From Paraspadella gotoi (Eukaryota; Animalia; Chaetognatha), in NCBI GenBank assembly GCA_051294375.1, contig CM119268.1, positions 1,462,549 through 1,526,548 of the forward strand: a DNA stretch of 64,000 nt, written 5' to 3'. How positions within the stretch are numbered: the first letter of the stretch is position 1; the number at the start of each line of letters is the position of its first letter. The notes below the pieces were generated by a model. The model worked only from the letters and a program-made list of their open reading frames with translations, was not told the origin of the DNA and ran no database searches. Shown here in pieces: positions 53,291-64,000 of this stretch. A program made the position numbers and the translations under genes.

Positions 53291-53481
53291 CTTCTGAGTA
53301 TCGATCCGTCTTCGTCTGGTCTCTCGTGGTTCGTATGGCTATCTCGATTGGTCTCGGCTCGTATGCATTTCACTCGCATCTAGATCTCTCTGAACTCTAT
53401 CTGTCATATTACCATCTTCTCTCTATTTCCACGACATTCACCTTGAACGACGACGAAGAAGATGAAATATTTACAAATCAT
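51825..53481 (-). CDS. Hypothetical low-complexity secreted or single-pass membrane protein
   Basis: Putative exons 53481-53442 (MICKYFIFFVVVQ), 53195-52608 (Ser/Ala-rich, ASESAA repeats) and 52457-51825 (TM-like FLLLIILVQVLFLAFLFLL, then an acidic tail). The blocks are GC-rich and coding-like with GT-AG edges. The last junction needs a 1-nt indel; otherwise the protein stops at 52381. Confidence 0.45.
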
Positions 53482-53983
53482 GACGATGTTGTTTTCAACA
53501 AATTTACTGTATAGACTTTCAAGATTGGATCATTTAAAATTGTCGAAATTTAAAATAAAAAAATAACTCGTGTTTTCTTTTCTTCGAACTTGGAGATTTA
53601 AAAAATCAATGGAGAAAGAAAAAAATAGTTTGAGTTGAATTCGGTTGGACATAAAAGTAACGTCTTGATCTAAGACGAGAATCGTCGTCAATGTAAACAA
53701 AAATAGAAGAGAGAAAGATTTAGGCTGAAGTTAGTTTATTTCGCAAATACAATTATTACGCAAGGTCGAGACGGAAAAATCTTAATTGACAAACAAAATT
53801 TAGCATCTTTACTCATCACCAGCGTAAATGTAGCCAAGAAGTAAGAAGGTATCAAAAAGGTCAATCAATTCAAATTACTTGGCCAAAAAAAAAAAATTAA
53901 AAAACTCGGCCAATCTTCCGCTACTCAACCCCCGCTCCAGGCAGACCCCTCTCCGCTCCTACAAAACCCAGCCAACCTACTCC

Positions 53984-56250
53984 TCAATATCCCGCCATCT
54001 CGTTGAAGGTCTGCTCTAGCTCCATGCAAATTTCTCCGTATTTCTCTTTCCAGTCGTTGAGATCAATAACCAGCAGCTCCAGCTCCTGCTGCTGCCGGGC
54101 GGCCTCCCGCTCCGCCGCTGCGGCTTGGATCTCGGTGAATTTGAGGTTGAGGGTCAGGTCTCTGCGTAGTTGAGAGGAGGGGGATGTTATGGGGGACGGT
54201 GTCATGTCATGTCATGCCATGTCACGATGCCCTTTTTTCCTAATTCTCCCCTTCTAATCCTCGAGGATCATGCTTTCCTTTCCTTCTGCTCTCATCCTTC
54301 CATTTCCTACGTGCCCCTTGACCTCAACCTCCTCTTCCCTCCCTCCCTCTCTCCCCCTCTCTCTCTCCCTCCCCCTCTCTCCCTCCCCCTCTCTCCTACC
54401 TTATCTTCTCCTCTGCCTCTTCATGTCTCTTCAAGGCGTTCGTCTCGCTCAACTCCAGAGTCTTCATGTTTTGTCCGACGACGTTGAGTTGTTCCTCCAA
54501 CTCTTGGATCTTCGACTCGGATTCCTTCGCTTTCTCCAACGTCCGGTCCAGGTCCACCTTGGGGGGGGAGAGGAGAGTCTTCCCGTTCTTGGTTTCGCTA
54601 TTTTTTTCTTTCTTTCTTTTTCTTTTCTTTTTTCTTTTTTTCTTTTCTTTTTTTCTCCTCTTTTCTCTGATATAAGACAAGCAGAGACGGTGTGAGAATT
54701 TGAGACAGATAGAATCGATATAGAAATGGTCAGTATTTATTTATTTATACAGGTCAATCGAATCATCGACACGGGCTGGTTTTCAGGATGGCATGAAGCC
54801 CGTCTTCTTATTGGTTCATTCCGATGTTGATTCATCCAATCAGCGAGTCGTTTGTTGATTTCATCCGATGTCCCTACACGAATTCTTTCATATCTTTATT
54901 CGCATTTCTTTAATCATCTCTTTTTTATTCTCACCTTTTTTTCCTATTTTTTTTTTTTTTTTTTTATAATTTTATTCATTTTGTGTTAATTTCTCTCTTT
55001 TCGTTGTTTTAGGGATTAGCGAAAAACTAAAAGTTTATTTTTGTTAGGTAGTACAACGATTTTTATTTTATTTATTTTATTTAAATAAATAAAAATCGTT
55101 GTACTACCTAACTAAAATAAACTTTTTGTTTTTCGGTAATTTTCTTCTTATTTTTCTTTCTTTCTTTCATTAACCGGGTTCCCCCCCCCCAAAACCGACC
55201 ACAACCCCACAACCCGCGACCACAACCCACCCTCCCCACAAACCACACCTGCGTCATCGAGAGCTTCCTCGACGCCTCCTCGGCGTTCCGAGTCGATCGA
55301 AGGGCGATCTCTTGAGCCTGCGTTATCTGTTCCTCCAAAGAATCCATTCGTTCGTCGTTGACGAAAGACTTGGCCTCCAACCCTTTGCGTTTGATCTCGA
55401 CGGCTTCGGCGTCCGACGCAGCCTCCGCCAGCTTCTTGGTCTCCACTGACAGCGGGAGGGTTGGGTAGGTGAGAATTAAATGGATTGATTGATTGATTGA
55501 AATCTTTTTTGCACGAGTTAATTTGTTTTAAATAAAAATATTTGATTTTTTTTTTTAAATTTTTATAATGATTTCTATCTGACTTGAGCCCTGACCTTTT
55601 ATTTTTGGAAGGCTCAAATATCTGAATTTGAAGTATAATTAAATGGCTCCAATAATTCTGTTTAAAGCCTCCAATTGGTTGAATTTTATACATTGAATTT
55701 GAATAACTGGTCTCTCATTGGCTAATAATAGCTAGTAGATGTTTTGATTTTATTCTCAAAGTGAACTCTCCTCTCATTGGTTGTTTTAATTTTGTTCTTG
55801 TGTATAAAAGGAGAGTAAATTCTTAGTTTGAGACAATTCTATTATGCGGATTGAGTTTCTAAACATCCCGGAATGACCGGAGAACTGCTTCGTGATCGTA
55901 ATAGGGCTGTGAATTCCGAATCGGGATGGAAACGGCTGACGCTGGGAATGACATCCAGTTTTGGAATCAAAATGATTTCATTCAGATCTGAGACGACAAC
56001 GATGACGACGACGACTATTCCCAAGGATCAAAAAATCAAAAATTCGCTTGGCCAAATTTTCCCTTTCTATCGATTTTATAATGCGATAAGATGCCAAAAA
56101 ATCGGGGAAAAAATAGCAAATTTAAAAATAAAATAAAAGTGGTTAGTATTATTAATTTAAGTAAAATATACGTAGATCATCGTTCCTTGAAAGAAATCAT
56201 TTGTCCTTTCATTGATATGTTCATACATTCATTTATTGATCTGAGAGAAA

Positions 56251-56293
<43 letters not shown>

Positions 56294-57206
56294 TTCGATA
56301 AGTTTTTGGATCTTTGTAGATTAATGCCAAAAAAATCTTGACCGGCATTTCCCTCCCTTACCCTCCCTTACCCTCCAGCCTCGCGTCGGATCTCGAGATG
56401 TCGTCGTCCAGCAGCGAGCTCCGTCGCTGCAACGCAGAGACGTCCTCTTCGTTGACGAGCTGCTGCTTCTCCGCTTCTTCGATCGCCAGCGTCGACGCCT
56501 CCAGCTTTTCCATCGTCTCGTCGAGGGCGTTCTCGACCTGGAGATAGATTTGTAAGAATGTCTGTCGCTTAGTCCGTGAGTCTGTTTGTAGGTTTCTATG
56601 TCCGTGAGCTAATCTATCTCGTTTGTCTGGTTCTAAGTCTGTGATCCAGCTGCCCGTCGAACTTCAGGGCTTTTCCAAACTGTCAAACCGCCTCAATATA
56701 CAATTCGTCTTTCAATTTATATGTCCTCTCGATTGTTAACTGTCAATCTGTCTGTAAATCTATCCCGTTCGTTTATCATTATTTCTATCTTATGGCGAAT
56801 TTATCTCGTTTTTCTGTCATTCTATCTTTCTCTCTTTCTATCTGCGAATCTGTCTCTTTGTCGATTTTGTCTGATTGTCAGTCGATCAAAGCCGTTGGTT
56901 TGACAATCTCTATATATGTCTTTCCCCTGCCCTATTTATCATATTTCTCCGACTGTCCGTCCGTCCGTCCATCTTTCCCCGATTCGTCTCCATTCATGTC
57001 CCAACCCCAGCGACCTTCATGATCTTCTTTCCCAGCTGAAGGATCTCGTGATCCCGCGTCTCCAAGAGTTTGTTGAGTTCGACGATCCGATTCTGGAGAC
57101 TCTTCTCAGTGTCGGCGGCCGCCTCCTTCGCCGCCTTCAGGTTGTACATCTTGTTGCGGATGGCCTCCATCGTGTTGGAGGCCGTCTCCTTCGCTTTGGA
57201 AGACAT
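53984..57206 (-). CDS. Tropomyosin (divergent paralog), 296 aa, or 284 aa from the second Met at 57170
   Basis: Exons 57206-57015, 56537-56372, 55445-55249, 54557-54400 and 54161-53984 sum to 891 nt. Coiled coil with MEAIRNKM, DVSALQRR, DEERMDSLE-like NDERMDSLEEQI, EEASRKL, ELEEQLNVVGQNMKTLE and the invertebrate-type C-terminus ELEQTFNEMAGY. Confidence 0.93.
54730..54850. repeat. Dispersed repeat, also at ~6434-6535
   Basis: Shared ATCGACAC.GGCT.GTTTT...CATGAAGCCCGTCTTCT.ATTGGT...CATCCAATCAG. Confidence 0.7.
55043..55112. repeat. Foldback palindrome with 26-bp perfect arms in tropomyosin intron 3
   Basis: GTTAGGTAGTACAACGATTTTTATTT at 55043-55068 and its reverse complement at 55087-55112; imperfect extension to ~55020/55135. 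Confidence 0.88.
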
Positions 57207-58645
57207 CGTGGACGAGCGCGTTGGGGAAGGCGGATGAGTAGAGGAGGCGACGCCTGGCGGGAAAGATTTACGTCAAAGTAGAGTTTGGGTCGGAAAAAAA
57301 ACGTATTGTTATTGGGAAGGAAAATAGCTGATAAAGCTGATATATATACTTCTGATAATTATGATATAACTTTTTAGCAAGTTAAATTTATAATCTTTTT
57401 TTGTTGAATACTATACATGTTATATCTTTGATTAGGAAACCAAACCTTCAGGTAAATAAACGAGCAGCTGAATAAAATTATTGCATCTAATAAATAAATG
57501 CAATAAATAAAATTTCCACAGGCCCCCCCAAATAATGTAAAAGTATTTAAATAATTAAAAAGATGCAAAATGAATGATAAAATTATTTGTATTTTAGATA
57601 TTTTAAAATCTAAAACATGAAGAAGTGGCACAAGTATTTCTGCAATGGTCAAAATTTAAAAAAAAGATGACTATCCTTTTTTCCGTAGAAATCCGCGTTC
57701 GTCGATCGAATATGAAATCCAAACTAAAAAGATCGATTTTGAGAGGAAAAGTGGGAAGGAGGAAGAGGAGAAGGGGGAAGATGAGGAAAGGGAAGAGGAA
57801 AAGAAGAAAGAGGAGGCAAGAGGGAAAGTGGGAAAAGGAGGGAAAGATGAAGGGAAAAGAAGAAGAGGAGAAAAGAAGAAAGAGGAAGGGAAGAAAGGAG
57901 GGAGGAGATGAAAAGAAAGGGAAGAGGAAGAGGAGAAAGAGGAAGAAAGAAAAGAAGAGAAGGGGAAGATGAAGAGGAAAAGAAGAAGGGTAAGAAGAAG
58001 AAAGAGAAGAGGCTAGTAGGAAATAGAAGCGGAGAGAATAAGAGGAAGATGTGAAGTAAGAGAAGGATGGAAAAAGATTGATGGAAATAGAGGGGAATGA
58101 GGAAGGAAAAGAAGAGAGGAGAAGAGGAGAAAGAGCGAAAGAGGAGAGAGGAAGGAGAGTGAAAGGAGGAAGAGGATAGAAAGAGCGAGAAGGGGGGAAG
58201 ATAGGAAAGGGATAAGACGAATAGAGAAGGAGAACAAGAGTGAAGAAGAGATAGAAGAAGGAGGAAGATGAAGAAAGGAAGAGGAAGAGAAGAAGGGAGG
58301 AAAGAAGAGGAAAGGCAGAAGGAGGAAGATGAGGAAAGGGACTAAGAGGAAATAAAGGAAGAGAAGATGAAAGGATGAAATGGAGTAGAAAAGAAAGAAG
58401 CAGATAGAAGAGTGAGAAAAAGGAAGAAAGAGAAAAGAGGAGAGGAAGAAAAGATGGAGATGACGAGGCGAGTGAAGATGGCGTCGTAGAAGCCAGACAA
58501 GAGGAATGAAAGAGCGAAAAATCGTTAAAGGGGGAGGAAATGAAATCTTAGAAGAAAACAGAGATTGTTTATTAAAAGAAAGAGAAGAACTTTTAATATT
58601 TTTATAAATCAAAACAATAAAAAAAATGTATAAAACATGAAAATT

Positions 58646-58725
58646 TCAATTCGTTCGTATAAATTTCTCAACATCCTCGACTTTTTCATATATTTTTAAG
58701 ATTTGTCCGTCAGCTACGTGATAAT
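58646..58725 (-). other. Possible terminal coding exon of an unidentified minus-strand gene
   Basis: Pyrimidine tract-CAG|ATTATCACG... reads (D)YHVADGQILKIYEKVEDVEKFIRTN*. Upstream exons were not identified. Confidence 0.25.
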
Positions 58726-59131
58726 CTGACGGGAAGAGAATGACGAGGCGTTCGCTTGTCGAAATAGGGTGATGCGGCTGGGGATTTATGGCTGGGCTGG
58801 GGGCTGGGGATGGGTTACGATGCGGGATCAAATTGGAAAATGGCAATATGTGCGTGATTTGAAAATCATGAAAAAAGTGTATTAGAAAAAATGCTGACGG
58901 GGAAAAATGTTGAAAAAAAGGTAAAATTCAATTAAGCTGAAGAAAAGAAAATTGTAATTTAATGAGAGAATGGAAGAGAAAAAAGTAAACAAAGAAATAA
59001 AGAACAAAATTAGCAAATAATAGCAAAATAAGTAATAACAAAAAAAAAAACAAAAGCAAAAATATCTTAAACGAATATTAAAGAAGGAAAGCAGATGAGC
59101 ATATTATTTATTATTATTATTATTATTATTA

Positions 59132-59163
<32 letters not shown>

Positions 59164-59195
59164 TATTATTATTATATTATTATTATTATTATTTA

Positions 59196-59247
<52 letters not shown>

Positions 59248-59304
59248 TCATTTACTATGAATTAATTGATTATTAATAATTTGCCAATTACAAAATATGA
59301 TGAT

Positions 59305-59550
59305 GTGAAGAGACAGTAATTTTGTATGAGTTAGTGATAGAACCGTTCAATATAAGCATCCACTGAGTCGCGATCAGGCTGTAACACATGTTACAGGCGG
59401 GGTTTAATAGCGGCCCGTCCCTCTTAACTGACCAAGACGCCACCGGGCTAGAACCCCGGACCTTTTGGGTTGCGGAGGGCGAATTGACTAGCACTCCAGG
59501 CACCATGGCGCGCTTAAATGAACGGATTTTGTGAGGTTAGTCCACCATAC
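59305..59550 (-). mobile_element. tRNA-derived SINE, family A, copy 2
   Basis: The minus strand has a tRNA-like head with T-arm CCGGGGTTCTAGCCCGG; homologous to 48688-48905. Confidence 0.7.
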
Positions 59551-59754
59551 ATCCCCCCCTCCCGTAGTGAGATGTTCTGTTGCGTCTCTATCAGTGAATG
59601 TTGTTAGATTGGATGGAAGTGCAAACGTCACCAGTTAGGCATTGTCGCCTGGATGTGTGAGGCGGGAAAGTGCCATCGCCAGGTTGAGGCATGTCGCCTT
59701 GAAATGTTGTTTTTTGGTTTGCTGTTGTGTTCGGAAAGTCGGGCTTCACCCAAT

Positions 59755-60010
59755 GAAAGAGACAGTAATTATTGTTTGAGTTAAAGTGATTAGAACCGTT
59801 CAATATATTAAAGCAGGTTCCCTGAGCTTCGGAATTACAGGCTGTAACACCATGTTACAGGCGGGTAAGCGGCCCCGTCCCTTCTAACTGCCAGACGACC
59901 ACCGGGCTAGAAACCCCGGACCTTTAGGTAGTTGGGAAGGCGAATGACTTGCCTCGCGCCCAATGGCCGCTTAATGATGAACGGGTTGGTGGAGTTTAGT
60001 CCACCATATG
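59755..60010 (-). mobile_element. tRNA-derived SINE, family A, copy 3
   Basis: Direct repeat of 59305-59550 with indels. Confidence 0.7.
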
Positions 60011-61316
60011 CTGTCTCTTTTTACGAAAGTGGCCGAGAGAGGAGGGGGGGGCAGAGACGGTGCTTTTTTCAGAGAGAGCAGAAGGAACTGAGATAGGAGA
60101 GAGAGAGGAGAGAGAGAGAGAGAGAGAATGATCGAGGAGAGAAGGACGGATGGAAGAGGCGAGAAGTGAAGGGTGAGAGATGGAGAGAGAGAATGAGAGA
60201 CTAAAAGAAAATGAGAGAGAAGAGAGAGTGTGAAATCGAAATGGTGAAACATATATGGGGGCCAAGGCCGAAGGGGCCTAGGGCGGCCTAAGGGAGATCT
60301 CTACGGAAGAGTGTGAATTGGTTAATTGATAATCTCGTCTCGCTTTCTCCGGTCGACGTCATTCTTCAATTTCGCTCGTAACTTTCTCGCCGATTTTAGT
60401 TTTTTTTTTCTTTCGATTTATGTTTCGAAAGCGAAACAAACACAAAAAATCCTTTCGGTCAAAAAAAAAAAAAAAGATGACAAGAATTTCTCTTTTCGGC
60501 GAAATAAATCTTCAATCGAACTCGTGGACAAAAAAAAAGAAATTGTTTCGAAAAAACAGATGGTCGTTGGTTGGGGATTATTTTTTATTATCTTAAAAAA
60601 AAAAAGCATTAATGTGAAATTTGAATTTCGATAAGTCCTTTGAAATCGGTTGTTTATTTTAACGAGGACGATTTTGGTAAAGTTTGTCAAGTTATTAGGC
60701 AGAAACGCTGAATAGGGAGAGAGAAAGAGAGAGAAAGAAAGATGGATTGAAAATAAGATAAGATAAAACATTTGGTCCTTCTTACGGTAACAATGAAAAG
60801 AAATATTATATCCAGCGATAAAAACTGTTTAATAATTTTAACTTATTAATTATAATCACCTTTTTGTCAGAATGTAAGACTCACAAAAGAATAAAGAGAT
60901 CACAGCGTCTCGCCACAAAAAAAAGTTTATCCACAGCCGATCTCTATCAACCTCAGCCGGTTAGATAACTCTACGTCTGACCACGGCCCTCCACAGCAAG
61001 TACGTTTTAACCACAGAGCTCAATGATTTAACCACAGCCCTTTTTGAAGAACCACAGCCAACAAGGCAACTAAAAGTCCGACCACAGGCGGCCACAGGAA
61101 GTTCGTTTTAACAGATTTAAATGATTTATCCACACCCCATTTCGATGAAACACTGCCAGCAAGGAAAGTCCCACCACGGGCCGCCACAACTCGTCCGGTC
61201 TGAGACTCGTATGCAAATCGCTTATGTTCATCCATTTTCTGTTGACCTTCGACGGCGCGCCCTGGGGAAGAGACCCGAGGTTGGTGACGGAAGGAAGGAA
61301 AGTGTGAGAGAGAGAG

Positions 61317-61363
<47 letters not shown>

Positions 61364-62301
61364 GAGAGGGAGGAGGAAGGAGGAAGAAGTACTCGCTGAA
61401 CCTTCGGTGGGACGATCTACCTACTGAAGAACGAATCAAAGAGAGAGACATGAGAGAGAGCCAGAGAGAGACAGAGAGAGAAGAGAGAGAAGCAGAGAAA
61501 GAGAGAGAGAGAAGGAGAGAGAGAAGAGAGGCAGAGTAGAAGAAATAGTGGCCTGGTAAATTCTCATCTGAAGGACACACTGCCTGGACGAAGCATCCCA
61601 CAAACGGGGATAAGAGAAGAGCAGATGAGGAGAGAGAAGAGAGAGAGGAGAGAGGAGAGAGAGAGAGAGAATAAAGAGAAGCGAGAGTGAGAGGAGAGGG
61701 AAAAGAGATGAGAGAGAGAGAGTTAGAGAAGAGAAAGTGAGGAGAGAGAGAAGCAGAGAGAACGACGACAGTCAAGACTCCGCTACAGGAGTCAAGAGAA
61801 GGGAGGCAAAGTATGCAGAATGGATGTTCATAGGAGGAAATAGCTTCGGATGATCGGCTGAATGGGAGTAAGTGTAGGAAAGGGACTTAGGAGGAAGGAA
61901 GGCAGGTGAGAGTGGAGGAGGAGGAGGGGAGGAGGAGGGGACGGAAAGGTGACGGGGACATGAGAAGGAGAGGGAGCAGAAGGAGACAGAAGGAGACAGA
62001 AGTACGAGGAGACAGAAGGTCCGTGAATCAAGAGGAGATTCAAGTAATTCAAGGGAAAAGAGGAGAGGGAAAGGAGGAAGAAGAGGAGGAAACGGAACGA
62101 CAACAACAACGACAACTACGAAGATTATGAGGACAAAGACGAAGCGCGAACACGACGACGATTACTACGAAATGACGACGACAAAGACATACGACAAAGA
62201 CACTGGCTGCTCGACAATACAAAACCGGGTGAAGAGGAAATCGAAGCGTCACAAACGGAAAGGGAGAGAGAAAGAGAGAGAAAGAGAGAGTAGAGTAGAG
62301 G

Positions 62302-62347
<46 letters not shown>

Positions 62348-63724
62348 GAGAGAGAGACAGTATTGTAATCTGAGAATATGCAAACGAACCCCGGGCGCTC
62401 AAACTTGTCGGGACTCTAGACTTGAATCTCTTCGCGAGAGACTTCGTCTTCCGGTCTTCGATCAAGCGCCTTCAGGTTTTCTCGTTCGAGCGCTCATCTG
62501 GTCGTCTCATTCTCAAGGTCGGCTTCTTAAAATCTTAGAATCACCGCGCGATTTCGTGAAAGAAAACTTGTATAGATTAAGGATCGATTTTGTTTAATTA
62601 AGATTTAATACTTTTTTCTAAACTCTCCCCCACTAAAATGCCATTTGCGGTTCCATCCACGGTTCCATATTTGTCGCCTAGAAATCGATGGCATCGTAAA
62701 TCCCACGATCCTCGACGCCATTGATGCCATAATCGATGCCACCCCCGCTGTGATAACCTATCGTTGCCGGCTGACACTGGAAAATCCCGCCTTATGAGGT
62801 CATAAAAAGAAAACCGAGGCCGGGGTAGAGAGAGAGAGATAGGACAAAGGGGAGAGAGAGAGAGGACTGAGGGGGAGAAAGAGAGGACAGAGGTGAAAAA
62901 AAAGAGAGGACAAAGGGGGAGAAATGGGGGAGAGAGAATCTTTGTGATAAGAACTCGTCGCTCTTTCGGATTTTATGGGAAGATTCATAAAATTTGATCA
63001 ATATTTAATTTGGAGAAGTTTGATGCGGAGAAGAAGAGATAATTTTTTTTTTTTTTCTAATGAAAATACTTTGGCCGTTAAAATAATCAAATAGGATGAA
63101 TTGCAAATTAAAATTACTTTTTGAACGAAAAGTTTTTCTCTTTCTATTGGATAATGGAAGAATAAATGATATATTTTCTTCAAATAATCGTCATTTTTCT
63201 CATTCGAATCGTTATATCTTGGAAATGTTTCAAGCTCTCTTTCTCTCCGTTCTTCGCTTTTCGGAAAAACGAATTCTTAGAAGAGTTTTATATTCGTTGC
63301 CATGACGACGCCGCCGCTGCCGACGCCGCTGCCTACGCCGCTGCCGATGTGACTCGCTTCTCCTGGCATCCAGTTTCTCACGAGAGTTTTCGTGAATCCG
63401 TCGCCAACTCGAACAGTGATTCTTTCAATTTAGTGAATCGACGCCACATTAGTTAGCAAACTAGCTGCGTCAATGACCGTCTTTATAATGAATTTAAAAA
63501 AAAACAATTTATGGATTAAGTTCGAGAACGAAATATTGGATAAAGTGAAAATAAAAAATAAATATATTTAAATAGTTAAGGATTATCACTAGAAAAGGCG
63601 AAGAGAAAATTTACAAACAAGTCTCGTTGTGACTCCTTCGGTTTTTCATTAATCGTCTCACTTTTATTCTTCTTTTCCTTCTCCCTCTTTCCTTCCCTTT
63701 CCTTACCTCTCATTTATTCTTTTC

Positions 63725-64000
63725 TATCCCACTTCCCCCTCTTCTCCCTTCTCCATCCCCACTTCCCACTTCCCCTCTTCTCCCTTCTCCATCCCACTTC
63801 CCACTTCCCCCTCTTCTCCCCTTCTCCCATCCCACTTCCCACTTCCCCCTCTTCTCCCCTTCTCCATCCCCTCTTCCCCCTCTTTTCCCCTCTTCATCCA
63901 CTTCCCACTTCCCCCTCTTCTCCCCCTCTCATCCCACTTCCCACTTCCCCCTCTTCTCCCCTCTCCATCCCACTTCCCACTTCCCCCTCTTCTCCCTCTC
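63725..64000. repeat. Pyrimidine-rich ~35-bp tandem repeat
   Basis: CCATCCCACTTCCCACTTCCCCCTCTTCTCCCTTCT units running to the window end. Confidence 0.85.

Noticed and set aside
59440-59512. tRNA gene
   Set aside because: Only the T-arm/B-box is convincing, and the head is fused to a body repeated three times in the window, so it is called a SINE.
60860-63480. Possible exons or LTR element near the window end
   Set aside because: Short GC-rich blocks (62380-62780, 63290-63430) could be exons, but no consistent frame, domain or paired termini could be established.

Overview
Eukaryotic (invertebrate animal-like) scaffold. It has N gaps, abundant microsatellites and stretches with indel errors typical of unpolished long reads. 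The first ~22 kb has no recognisable gene: microsatellites, nested non-autonomous DNA transposons, SINE-like repeats and a ~3.4 kb tandem duplication that is probably two haplotypes. From ~23 kb there is a spliced gene cluster: a small NDUFA4/C15orf48-like gene (-, missed by the ORF track) head-to-head with CFAP61 (+), then PPIL6 (+), a divergent Rab1-like GTPase (-), a DEG/ENaC channel (-), an orphan putative membrane protein (-) and a tropomyosin (-). The main anomaly is in CFAP61: one conserved internal coding exon lies on the OPPOSITE strand (32102-31773) with its own splice signals. It fills the gap between the flanking exons, sits in a block bounded by a perfect 12-bp inverted repeat, and a CsRn1-type Gypsy element is inserted beside the left repeat. 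Other oddities: ~40% of inferred acceptors are AAG, a minisatellite multiplies a splice donor, and there is a Penelope-type minimal hammerhead motif. Gene identities come from recalled family motifs; no search was run.
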